A stretch of 64,000 nt of DNA from Myxococcota bacterium (GTDB taxonomy: Bacteria; Myxococcota_A; Polyangia; Nannocystales; Nannocystaceae). Positions within the stretch are counted from its first letter, which is position 1; every line of letters starts with the position of its first letter. Shown piece after piece: positions 1 through 8,775 of this stretch. The DNA lies in contig JBCCHT010000003.1 of assembly GCA_039028615.1 (NCBI GenBank), positions 320,001 to 384,000 of the forward strand. Direction: 5' to 3'. The notes under the pieces are model-generated. The model had not been told where the DNA came from and ran no database searches. It was given only the letters and a program-made list of their open reading frames with translations. A program made the position numbers and the translations under genes.

Positions 1-297
1 CCGCGCCTGTTCGGAGGTGAGCTCGGTGATCTCGGCGCCCATCTCGAGCACCCGCGTGGTTGCGTGCACCCGAGCGATGCCGATGGCGGCGAAGACGGCC
101 ACGATCACCGTGAGCAGCAACGAGGTGCCGGCCGGGGCCCGCCGACGGTCGCGAAGCGTGGGCGCAGCGCTGGCGGCCGGTTGATCGGAGGAGCGCTGCC
201 AGCCGTGCGGGCGTGCCTCGGCTTTTTGTTGTCGGCGCCGCCGCACGGGCGCGTCGGGCTCTTGGTTGGCAGGAGGCATGGACGAGGAGGGGTTCAT
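1..297 (-). CDS. FtsL-like cell division protein (partial, runs off the window start)
   Basis: Not in the ORF track. ATG at 297 overlaps the rsmH stop (ATGA). Manual translation gives a charged N-terminus, one TM helix (LLLTVIVAVFAAIGIA), then coiled-coil-like RVLEMGAEITELTSEQAR. This is the usual ftsL position. Confidence 0.7.
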   Translation of the reverse strand, partial: MNPSSSMPPANQEPDAPVRRRRQQKAEARPHGWQRSSDQPAASAAPTLRDRRRAPAGTSLLLTVIVAVFAAIGIARVHATTRVLEMGAEITELTSEQAR

Positions 298-1262
298 GGG
301 GCGCAGCGCTCCAGCACGCGGAGGCGGGCGCTTCGCGCCCGCGGGTTGGCTTCGGTCTCCTGGGAGCTCGGTCGGACCCCGCCGCTGAACTCGGCTGGAA
401 TCGCGAACCGAGCCTGCGGCAGCTCGTCGGCGGTCAAGGGAAGGTGAGGCGGGGGCTGGGGCGGGCGGCTGAGCGCTCGCCACCGTCGCTTGACCCGTCG
501 GTCCTCGAGAGAGTGAAAGGTGATCACGGCCACGCGCCCCCCGACCTCGAGGCACGAAGGGGCGTCTTCCAAGAAGCGATCGAGCTGGCCGAGCTCGTCG
601 TTGACCTCGATGCGCAGCGCCTGGAACGCCCGGGTCGCGGGATGGATGCGCACGCCGAGCTTGCGACGCTCGCGATGGCTGGTGGCCTCGGTGACCGCCT
701 TGGCCAGCTCGCGGGTGGTGGTGGGTCGAGCCTCGAGGATCGCGGCGGCGATGCGGCGAGGCTCGGGCTGCTCCCCGAACTCGCGCAAAATTCGCGTGAG
801 CTGCTCGAGGTCGCAGCTGGCGATGAGCTCGGCCGCACTCTGGCCCCGCGTGGGGTCCATGCGCATGTCCAGGGGTCCGTCGCCGCGAAACGAGAACCCG
901 CGCTCGGCCTGATCGAGCTGCATCGACGACACGCCGAGGTCGGCCACGATCCCCGTGACGCGCTCGAGCCCCAGCTCGGCCAGGGATTCCAGGAGGGTGG
1001 CGAACCCCGCATGCACGAAGTGAAGCGGGCACGCAGCGCCCTGCAGCCGCGCCCGGGCCTGCGCCAACGCGTGAGGATCCCGGTCGAAGAGGATGGCCTG
1101 CGTCGGCGTCGTGGCTTCGAGCAGCGCCTTGGTGTGGCCGCCCAGGCCCGCCGTGGCGTCCACGAGCACGCGTGCGGGCGCCTGGCCCCCCAAGCAGGGT
1201 CCGAGGGCGGCGCAGACCTCGTCCGCCAGCACCGAAATGTGAGCTACGCCAGACTCGCTCAT
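294..1262 (-). CDS. rsmH: 16S rRNA m4C1402 methyltransferase RsmH (MraW)
   Basis: Motifs HISVL, DATAGLGGH, DLGVSSMQLD, RGFSF, PLDMRMD, HPATRAFQALRIEVNDEL, FHSLEDR, NPRARSARLR. Confidence 0.97.
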   Translation of the reverse strand: MSESGVAHISVLADEVCAALGPCLGGQAPARVLVDATAGLGGHTKALLEATTPTQAILFDRDPHALAQARARLQGAACPLHFVHAGFATLLESLAELGLERVTGIVADLGVSSMQLDQAERGFSFRGDGPLDMRMDPTRGQSAAELIASCDLEQLTRILREFGEQPEPRRIAAAILEARPTTTRELAKAVTEATSHRERRKLGVRIHPATRAFQALRIEVNDELGQLDRFLEDAPSCLEVGGRVAVITFHSLEDRRVKRRWRALSRPPQPPPHLPLTADELPQARFAIPAEFSGGVRPSSQETEANPRARSARLRVLERCAP

Positions 1263-1501
1263 GGCCGCCGAACCGCCACGTGCCCATTTTTCGGCGTGCG
1301 GGTCAAATTTTTGGAGGCCGCGGAGGGGGGGATTTCTTCTTGGATCCCGAGCGTTTAGGTGATCGATGGTTGACCGCGCGCGGGCGACCCAGTAGCGTGC
1401 GCCCGGATTTCGCCGGCCCCTTCGGAGCGGACGAGTGTGCAGCGAAGGGGCTGCCCGCGTTTCCCGAGGCTCGGCGACCCCAGCCGGACCTCCACATCAA
1501 G

Positions 1502-2272
1502 ATGATTCCGCCCCGCAGCAGGAACTATCGCCAGCTTCACGAAGCCTCTGAATTGCTTTGGGAGAAGCTCGGCATGCTGTCTCCTCGGCAACGTCAGAGT
1601 TTCGACGAGCGCTTCCTTATGTCGTGGGTCTATCACGACTTCGCGCTCGAGGGCTCGGTGCTCCACGTGGCCGAGATCAAGGCGGCCACCGATGACGAGA
1701 TCATCAGCGCGCCCAGCCTGATCCCCGCGTACAACCACATCGTGGCCGTGCGCGATGGCATTCGCTACGTGCTCGACTCCCGGGGCAAGCGGCTGACCCT
1801 GAACCTCGACTGGCTCAAGAAGCTGCACCAGCTGCTGCTGCCCGCCGATAAGAAGGATCAGGTCCAGTACCGCAAGGACAACCCGATCCACCGCATGTAC
1901 TTCCACGACCTCGCCCCCGCGGACAAGATCAGCTACCGCATGCGCAAGCTGACCGATTGGTTCCGCACAGAGGAGTGCAAGCGGGCCCACCCGCTGGAGC
2001 TGGCGGTCGAGGTGCACCGCGAGGTCATTCGCATCTTCCCGTGGCCCGAGATCAGCGGGCGCGTCGCCCGCCTCGCCATGAACCATATCCTGTGCAACGA
2101 AGGCTACTGGCCGGCCACGATCCACGCGATCGATCGCCAGCGGTACTACGATGTGTTGCGCCTAGACCAAGATCAGCTACTTAACCTCGTCGTAAGCAGC
2201 GTCGAACAAGGCGTCCAGTCCTCGAACAAGCTGTACCAGGACATCGTCGACGCGACCCGGGCTTCTCGTTAG
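1502..2272 (+). CDS. Fic/Fido-domain protein with degenerate catalytic motif
   Basis: Inhibitory-helix-like YHDFALEG, LKKLHQLL, HPLELA, and IFPWPEISGRVARL in place of HPFxxGNGRxxR. Start re-chosen at ATG 1502. Confidence 0.8.
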   Translation: MIPPRSRNYRQLHEASELLWEKLGMLSPRQRQSFDERFLMSWVYHDFALEGSVLHVAEIKAATDDEIISAPSLIPAYNHIVAVRDGIRYVLDSRGKRLTLNLDWLKKLHQLLLPADKKDQVQYRKDNPIHRMYFHDLAPADKISYRMRKLTDWFRTEECKRAHPLELAVEVHREVIRIFPWPEISGRVARLAMNHILCNEGYWPATIHAIDRQRYYDVLRLDQDQLLNLVVSSVEQGVQSSNKLYQDIVDATRASR

Positions 2273-2284
2273 CGAGCGTCCCTC

Positions 2285-2941
2285 ATGCGCATCCCACCCT
2301 TCAACGCGGCCCTCCAACTCGTTCCTCGACGGTTGCCTTCCGTATCGGTGCTCGCTCGGGCCAAGCTGCCCACCAAACACGGCGATTTCGAGATCGTCGC
2401 GTTCGAGACCGAAGATGGCCATCGCCTCGACGATATCGCGGTGGTGAAGGGCAACGTGAAGGAAGCGATGGAGGTCCCGGTGCGCGTGCACTCGGAGTGC
2501 CTCACCGGGGACGTGCTGGGCTCTGTTCGCTGCGATTGCGGCGAGCAGCTCGAGGAGGCGCTCAAGCGCATCGCCCACGCCGAGCACGGCATCATCCTCT
2601 ACATGCGCCAAGAGGGGCGGGGCATCGGCATCGCGAACAAGGTGCGGGCCTACGCGCTCCAAGACGGAGGGCTCGATACCGTCGATGCCAACCGTCACCT
2701 CGGCTTCGACGACGACCTCCGTCGCTACGACGTCGCCGCGGCCATGCTCTCCTCGCTCGAGGTCGGCTCCATCGAGCTGCACACGAACAACCCCAACAAG
2801 GTCGAGGGGCTCCGCGAGGCGGGGATCGAGGTCACCGTCCGGGTGCCGCTGCAGATTGCCGCCCGCGAGCAGAACCGGCACTACCTCGCCACCAAGCGCG
2901 AGCGCTCGGGCCACCTGCTCGACCTCGACGACGAATCCTGA
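2285..2941 (+). CDS. ribA: GTP cyclohydrolase II
   Basis: VRVHSECLTGD, RCDCGEQL, QEGRGIG, NKVRAYALQD, TNNP.K, YL.TK...GH. Confidence 0.96.
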   Translation: MRIPPFNAALQLVPRRLPSVSVLARAKLPTKHGDFEIVAFETEDGHRLDDIAVVKGNVKEAMEVPVRVHSECLTGDVLGSVRCDCGEQLEEALKRIAHAEHGIILYMRQEGRGIGIANKVRAYALQDGGLDTVDANRHLGFDDDLRRYDVAAAMLSSLEVGSIELHTNNPNKVEGLREAGIEVTVRVPLQIAAREQNRHYLATKRERSGHLLDLDDES

Positions 2942-2958
2942 GGGCCGAGCCCCTTCGA

Positions 2959-3010
2959 AACGAAGGACGCCTCGCTCGAGCATGGCTCGGAGCAAGGCGT
3001 CCTCTTCGTT
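2959..3010. terminator. Long imperfect hairpin between convergent ribA and the RNA-binding protein gene
   Basis: AACGAAG-GACGCCT..GCTC-GAGC / GCTC..GAGC..AGGCGTC..CTTCGTT inverted repeat; no long U tract. Confidence 0.55.
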
Positions 3011-3025
3011 GGTGCGTACGAGGTT

Positions 3026-3376
3026 TTAGTACCGGCCGCGATCGCGTCCGCCACCGCCGTAGCCACCACCTCGGCCGCCGCGATCGCGACCGCCGAAGCC
3101 ACCGCCACCGCCACCGCCGCCCCGCGGGCGTCGCTCCTCGGCCTCGTTGACGCGGAGGTCACGGCCGTCGAGGTTGGCGCCGTTCATGCCTTCGACGGCC
3201 GCCTGAGCGGCTTGCTCGGTGTCGAGGGTCACGAAGCCGAAGCCACGCGAACGACCGGTCTCACGATCGGTGATGATCTTGGTGTCGGAAACCACTCCAT
3301 AGTTCTCGAAGGCGCCGCGGAGGCTTTCTTCGGTCGTGTTGAAGGAGAGGTTGCCCACGAAGAGTCGGTTCTTCAT
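3026..3376 (-). CDS. RRM RNA-binding protein with Gly/Arg-rich tail
   Basis: RNP2 LFVGNL, RNP1 [29 protein letters not shown]-rich C-terminus. Confidence 0.95.
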   Translation of the reverse strand: MKNRLFVGNLSFNTTEESLRGAFENYGVVSDTKIITDRETGRSRGFGFVTLDTEQAAQAAVEGMNGANLDGRDLRVNEAEERRPRGGGGGGGGFGGRDRGGRGGGYGGGGRDRGRY

Positions 3377-3705
3377 TCTGTCTCGTCTCGCATTCGGCCC
3401 CGAGCCACCCCCGAAGGCGTGGTGCTCGTCATCGCTCGATCGAAGGGGCCGTGAGCCTCGACCGAGCCAGGGTGCAGCGGGTTCGCTGCTCGGAATCGTC
3501 GCCAGGGATCGGTACGGGCTTCGGTCTCGGACCGGGCCGTGACCGAGGGGGTCGTCACGACGTTCCGGGGGCTACGGGGCTATCCCGTGGTCGGAATCCT
3601 GTCAATCCGAGGCGGTGCAGGTGGCTCGACTCGGGCCGACTCGATCGCACGGTGGTTGCCGCAGCAGTAAGCGCGGTGACCTCGGGGCTCGATGGCGAAA
3701 CGTGT

Positions 3706-5322
3706 TCACGGTCGAGCGCAGCTCCGGGCGTCGCTCCAGCGACGGGCCAACCGGTCGACGGCTATCGTCAGCACGATCATGGCCAGAGCTTGCAGCGTGG
3801 CCTCACCGAGGCGCCAGTAGGTCACGCTCGAGTGGAAGGCGTCGCCCAGGCCACCCGCCCCCACGATCCCCACGATGAGCCCCGCGCGGAGGTTGGACTC
3901 GGCTTGGAGCGAGACGTGGGTCCGCAGGGTCGGAGCGATTTCTGGCGCCACGCCCCACACGAAGTCCGCCCGGGGGGTGCCGAGTCGGCGGGGCTCGAGG
4001 CGAGCGGCCGGTACGGTGTGCACCGCTTCGACGAATAGGCGTGACAGCAGGCCGAACGAGTGCACGGTGATGGCCGCGATCGCAGCCAGCGGTCCCACGT
4101 GCAAGGCCACGCCGAACAGCAGCAGCCATACGACGTCGGGAATCGCCCGGGCGAGCAAGGCAGCCGCATCGGTGGCGACGCGGGCGCTCGTATTCAGGGC
4201 GCGCGGGAGAGCGCCGCGGGGCGAGACGTGGCGAGGCACGAGCCACAGCCCGAACAGACTCGTGAGCGCGGCGATACCCGTGGCCAGGTAGGCCGTGCTC
4301 AGCGGCACTGCGGCGTCGCGGGCCAGCGCGGTGAGGGTGGCCAGGTCCAGGCTCACGGACGAAGCGTTTCCGGCGGTGGCGCGCAGGAACGCGGTGTCCA
4401 GGCGCAGCAGCTCGTCCCACGCGGTCTGGGTCGCGGAGGCCAGGGGCAGGGCGGTGAGCAGCAAGCCCGAACCGATCAGCATGGGCATGCGGAAGCGCTG
4501 CGGTCGGGGGCGGGTCGGCGAGGCCTTGGCGATGTGCTTGGAGACGAGGTCGGAGAGGGCGGTCAGCCCGAGCAGGAACAGCAGCAGCGTGGTCACCCGA
4601 TCGTAGCGACCGAAGCCGAGCTCCTCGAACAGCGCTGCGCCCAGGCCTCCGCCACCCACGATGCCGATCACCGACGCGTTGCGCATGCTGCATTCGAGGC
4701 GAAGCAGCGTATACGAGAGCATGGGGCCGGCCGCCGCGGGGACGTGGCCCCACAGCGCGACGGTGAGCCGCGAGCTCCCCGTCAGCTCGACCGCCCGCGT
4801 GCGACGAAGCGGGGTCGAGTCGAGCAGCTGGCTGTAGATCTTGCCGAGCAGGCCCGTCACGCTGATGGCGATGGCCAGGGCTCCGGTGACCGGCCCTGCG
4901 CCGATGAACACGAGCACCACCAGCGCCCAGGCGAAGTCGGGCACGGCTCGCAGCCCATCGAGGATCAACCGGACGAGCTCGACTCGGGCGTGACGCCAGC
5001 GGCGGGGAGGACGACCGGGCACGTGGGCGATGCGATGGCTGGCTCCGAGGGCGAGCACGAAGCCCGCCGCTGCACCCAAGGCCGTGCCCCAGGTGGCCAC
5101 GGCGACCGTCTGGATCGTCAGCTCCAGCCCTTGGGTGAGCGCCTCGGTGCTCAGGTCGGGACTCGACAGGGCGGCGATCAGGGGGCGAGCCCGTGCCCAC
5201 GCGCCGTCGAGCCGAGCCGGGCCTAGGCCCGCGCCCGAGCCGAGCCAGGCCAACGCCGTGGCCACGAGGACGACGACCCCGGTGACCCAAGGCAGCCGAG
5301 GCCGCGATGTCGGGGTGCTCAT
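3706..5322 (-). CDS. PhnE/PtxC-family ABC permease with two fused permease domains
   Basis: Two copies of the RAVPD/RAIPD and GIVGGGGLG/GIVGAGGLG motifs; many TM helices; 4-nt overlap with the ATPase gene. Confidence 0.85.
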   Translation of the reverse strand: MSTPTSRPRLPWVTGVVVLVATALAWLGSGAGLGPARLDGAWARARPLIAALSSPDLSTEALTQGLELTIQTVAVATWGTALGAAAGFVLALGASHRIAHVPGRPPRRWRHARVELVRLILDGLRAVPDFAWALVVLVFIGAGPVTGALAIAISVTGLLGKIYSQLLDSTPLRRTRAVELTGSSRLTVALWGHVPAAAGPMLSYTLLRLECSMRNASVIGIVGGGGLGAALFEELGFGRYDRVTTLLLFLLGLTALSDLVSKHIAKASPTRPRPQRFRMPMLIGSGLLLTALPLASATQTAWDELLRLDTAFLRATAGNASSVSLDLATLTALARDAAVPLSTAYLATGIAALTSLFGLWLVPRHVSPRGALPRALNTSARVATDAAALLARAIPDVVWLLLFGVALHVGPLAAIAAITVHSFGLLSRLFVEAVHTVPAARLEPRRLGTPRADFVWGVAPEIAPTLRTHVSLQAESNLRAGLIVGIVGAGGLGDAFHSSVTYWRLGEATLQALAMIVLTIAVDRLARRWSDARSCARP

Positions 5323-6062
5323 GCGGCGTAGATCTCGGCGAGCCGCGCGTCGTCGACCTCGGCCGGGCTCGAGTCGAAGGTCACCTGCCCCGCGCGCAGG
5401 CCCACGATGCGATCGAAGTGCTCGTCGAGGAGCTCGACGTCGTGCAGCGTCACCACCAGGGTCGCGTCGTGCTCGCGGACCAAGGCGATGAGCATGGTGA
5501 GCAGCTCGCGGCGCAGCCGAGGGTCGAGCCCCGCGGCGGGTTCATCGGCGAGCCACAGCTTCGGGGCCTGCACCACCAGCCGCGCCAGCGCGACCCGTTG
5601 TTGCTCTCCGCCGGACAGCTGCGTGGGCCAGTCCCACAGCCGCGAGCCCAGCTCGACGCGCTGCAGGGCGTCGTGGGCCAGGGCGATCTCGGCACGACGC
5701 GGCCACACTCGCGCCAGCAGGCTACGCACCGTGGACCAGTGCCCTAGTCGTCCCATGATCACGTTGTGAAAGACGCGGAGGCCCTCGACGAGGTTGTCGC
5801 GCTGCATCATCAGGCCGACGTCTCGACGGAGGCGACGGCGGGCGGCCCCCGAGGAGGCCATGGGATCGTCGCCGAGAACCTCCACCTCGCCTCGGGTCGG
5901 CTCCTGCAGGCCGGCCAAGACGCGCAGCAGGGTGGTCTTGCCCGAGCCCGAGGCTCCGATCAGCGCGACCACCTGACCGCGGGGGATCTCGAGTCGGACG
6001 TCGTGGAGCCCGCGGCCTTCGGCGAAGCTCACCGAGACGGCGTCCAGCGAGCAGGCGCTCAT
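5319..6062 (-). CDS. PhnC-like ABC transporter ATP-binding subunit
   Basis: Walker A GASGSGKTT, signature LSGGEQQRV, LADEP, LHD; HNVIMGRLG typical of PhnC. Start at ATG 6062 overlaps the upstream stop. Confidence 0.9.
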   Translation of the reverse strand: MSACSLDAVSVSFAEGRGLHDVRLEIPRGQVVALIGASGSGKTTLLRVLAGLQEPTRGEVEVLGDDPMASSGAARRRLRRDVGLMMQRDNLVEGLRVFHNVIMGRLGHWSTVRSLLARVWPRRAEIALAHDALQRVELGSRLWDWPTQLSGGEQQRVALARLVVQAPKLWLADEPAAGLDPRLRRELLTMLIALVREHDATLVVTLHDVELLDEHFDRIVGLRAGQVTFDSSPAEVDDARLAEIYAA

Positions 6063-7033
6063 CCGATGTGGCTTTCGTCCATCGCTCGGACGACGCTGCG
6101 GATCTGATCCCAGCGCGAGGCTTCGGCGGCCACGAAGGCCTGGGCCGAGAACGCGGTGAGGACTTCGAGATGCGTCGGGTCTTCGGGATCGAGGTCGACC
6201 AACGCCGTGCGCAGCGCCTCGACCGTCTTCTTGTCGAGCCCGCCGTGGGCGACGAAGCAGTAGTCGACGTACTCGGGCGTCACGTACACGACGGGCGCGG
6301 CCTGGCGCGTGGCTTCGTCCGCCGACTCCCAGGCGGCGTAGTTGACCACGCCGAAATCCGTGGCCGAGCTGGCCACCGCGCTGAGCGTGGCCGAGTGCCC
6401 GCCCTTGAGCTGGTAGCCGGGTGGTCCGCGGAAGCTCGACTCGGGAGACAGGCCCACCGCCTCGGACTCGAGGAACCATCGCGGCATGATGTGCCCCGAG
6501 GTCGAGCTCTTGGCGCCGAAGGTGAAGCTGCCCTGGGCCAGCGTGGGGCCGAGGGCGGCGAGGGCCTCGAGCGGCTGGGGGCTGCGATCGGCTCGGGCCG
6601 AGAGCGTGCCGCGATCGACCCAGCTGCGGTTGGCCACGAAGTAGCTCTTGAAGCGCAGATCGACTTCGCGCGCGGCCACGAAGTGAACCCCGGCCGGCGT
6701 GCGGTCTTCGGCCTGGACGGCCGTGACTCCGCCCAGCCATGCCGCGTCGATCTTGGAGGAGGCCAGGGCGGTCACGGCCGCGGTGTAGTCGGGCACATGC
6801 ACGTACTCGACCGGGCGCTGCAGCGCCTTGCCGAGGTACTCGGCCACCGCCTGGTAGCGCCGCGACAGCTCCTCTTTGTCGGCATCGGGAATGCCGCTGA
6901 AGCGGAAGGGCCGGGGGCCTTCGCGTCCGCAGGCGCCCGAAGCCCACGCCAGCACGCTGGCCGAGGCGGCACCGATGAAGGCTCGCCGCGAAGGCTCGAG
7001 GGCGTGGGAGGGCGGCTCGGGTCGCTCGGTCAT
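6059..7033 (-). CDS. PhnD-like (phosphonate/putative selenate family) ABC substrate-binding protein, probable Tat lipoprotein
   Basis: SRRAFIG twin-Arg signal then SGAC lipobox; FSGIPD, DYTAAV, AWLGG, FGAKSSTSGHIMPR, GGHSAT, TPEYVDY. Confidence 0.85.
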   Translation of the reverse strand: MTERPEPPSHALEPSRRAFIGAASASVLAWASGACGREGPRPFRFSGIPDADKEELSRRYQAVAEYLGKALQRPVEYVHVPDYTAAVTALASSKIDAAWLGGVTAVQAEDRTPAGVHFVAAREVDLRFKSYFVANRSWVDRGTLSARADRSPQPLEALAALGPTLAQGSFTFGAKSSTSGHIMPRWFLESEAVGLSPESSFRGPPGYQLKGGHSATLSAVASSATDFGVVNYAAWESADEATRQAAPVVYVTPEYVDYCFVAHGGLDKKTVEALRTALVDLDPEDPTHLEVLTAFSAQAFVAAEASRWDQIRSVVRAMDESHIG

Positions 7034-7254
7034 GCGCGGCTCGGAGTGTACACGGGCGGGCTTCGTACGCACGCATCAGCTCCGTCGATGTGAAGACCCC
7101 CATGCATCGACAACGTCGCTGGCCCAGGCGGTGCGACGAGCGGCGCATCGGACATTTCGATACGAGCGTGCACGGCCATCGACGGGGTCGTTGAGCGTTG
7201 CGCACGAGCTTGAGCGGATGATCGACTTCGCGCTATCAGTCGCCGCGCTTCCTG

Positions 7255-8487
7255 ATGAACAACCAATCTTTCGTACGACGGGCCGCGGTGTCGATGACGC
7301 TCGCTGCGGCGATCCTGGCCCCTTCGCCCGCGCTGGCCGAGGACTGCACCGAGCTGCCCAACCCGGTGTTCTTCCCCGCCACCACCCTGCTCGAGTCCCT
7401 GCTGGCCGAGGTGGGGCCCATTCTCGCCGACGAGGCGCGGAGTGACGATCAGATGACGATCGTCCACTTCCCGCTGTCGTCGTGCATCTCGTACGACATC
7501 GGTCGCGAGCAGATGCCGCTGACGGGCAGCGCGGTCTACTACCTGCCCGACGGCACCCAGGCCACCTGCGACATGCCGGAGAACAGCGACATTCGCTCGG
7601 ACCTGACGGCCATGGACGTGGGCGGCGTGACCTGCCTGGGCGGCGAGACTCCCCCCGCCGAGCTGGTCGAGTACCCCAGCCACGTGGAGACGCTGGGCTT
7701 CGTGGTGCCCCGCGGCTCGAGCCAGACGGCGATCACCGCGACCGAGGCCTACTACCTCATGAGCTTCGCGGGCGAGCCCGGCTTCGAGGTCGCCCCGTGG
7801 ACCGACCCCAACTTCATCCTGGTGCGGAACCCGGGCTCGAGCACGCAGCTCACCATCGGGGCCAACATCGGCCTGCCGGGCACCATGTGGAACGGCTCGC
7901 TGCGCGGGCACCAGGGCTCGGGCGACGTGCGCGATGCGGTGATCGCCGAGAACGCGACCGGCAACGCCGAGAGCGTCATCGGGATCCTCAACAGCAGCAA
8001 GTGGGAGGCCGCGCTCAACGACATGAAGGTCCTGGCGTTCCAGCCCTTCAACAACTGCTTCGGAGCGATCTTCCCCGACTCGACCTCCACCTCGCGGGAC
8101 AAGCGAAACGTGCGGGACGGTCACTATCCGCTGTGGACCAACCTTCGCTACATCGTGCGGACCGACGGGGCGGGCACGCCCGTCTCCGCCAACGGTGAGG
8201 ACGCGGCCGCCCGGGCGCAGCGCTTCGTCGACCTGATGACCGGCGTGCAGAGCATCGAGCCCCTGAACCTCCCCGAGGCGGTCATCGGGACCGGCAACAT
8301 CCCCGCCTGCGCCATGCACGTGGCCCGCGAGGTCGACGGCGGCCCGATCGCCTCGTTCGAGCACCCCGCGCCCTGCGACTGCTTCTTTGCCGAGAGCAAC
8401 GGCATCGACAGTGGCTGTGCCACCTGCACTACCGACGACGAGTGTGGCGAGGGATCGTGCCGCCTCGGTTACTGCGAAGCCCGCTGA
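7255..8487 (+). CDS. Secreted PstS-like periplasmic-binding-fold protein with Cys-rich C-terminus
   Basis: Signal peptide ending ALA; FVVP, RNPGSSTQ and NVRDGHYPLW resemble PstS-like motifs; C-terminal CxTCTTDDECGxGxCRLGYCE. Confidence 0.65.
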   Translation: MNNQSFVRRAAVSMTLAAAILAPSPALAEDCTELPNPVFFPATTLLESLLAEVGPILADEARSDDQMTIVHFPLSSCISYDIGREQMPLTGSAVYYLPDGTQATCDMPENSDIRSDLTAMDVGGVTCLGGETPPAELVEYPSHVETLGFVVPRGSSQTAITATEAYYLMSFAGEPGFEVAPWTDPNFILVRNPGSSTQLTIGANIGLPGTMWNGSLRGHQGSGDVRDAVIAENATGNAESVIGILNSSKWEAALNDMKVLAFQPFNNCFGAIFPDSTSTSRDKRNVRDGHYPLWTNLRYIVRTDGAGTPVSANGEDAAARAQRFVDLMTGVQSIEPLNLPEAVIGTGNIPACAMHVAREVDGGPIASFEHPAPCDCFFAESNGIDSGCATCTTDDECGEGSCRLGYCEAR

Positions 8488-8502
8488 GAGGAAAGTCGAA
8501 CC

Positions 8503-8763
8503 ATGAACATGAACGTGATGATGAAATTGTCGGCGGTGCTCGTGCTGGTCTCGGCGCTCGGCCTCGGGGTCTCCTGCACCGAGGACTCGGGCGACGACGC
8601 CACCGGGATGGACGACGAGGGCGGCGAGGACTTCATGTGCGATCCGGTCGGAGCCAACGCCGAGATGGGCGCGCTGCTCAATGCGCCCGTGGCCGATGAC
8701 GTCGAGGTGATCGTCAAGCAGGCGCAGCACCCGGGGAACCCGGGCCCGCTCGACTTGCCGTAA
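8503..8763 (+). CDS. Small acidic lipoprotein, unknown function
   Basis: GAGGA RBS, hydrophobic signal and GVSC lipobox; in operon. Confidence 0.7.
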   Translation: MNMNVMMKLSAVLVLVSALGLGVSCTEDSGDDATGMDDEGGEDFMCDPVGANAEMGALLNAPVADDVEVIVKQAQHPGNPGPLDLP

Positions 8764-8775
8764 TCGAGAGGTTGG

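Noticed and set aside
7075..7254. Pho box in the divergent promoter
   Set aside because: No 11-bp-periodic CTGTCAT/GTTCA-type repeat; the TTGAGCG copies at 7191 and 7210 are 19 nt apart and not convincing.
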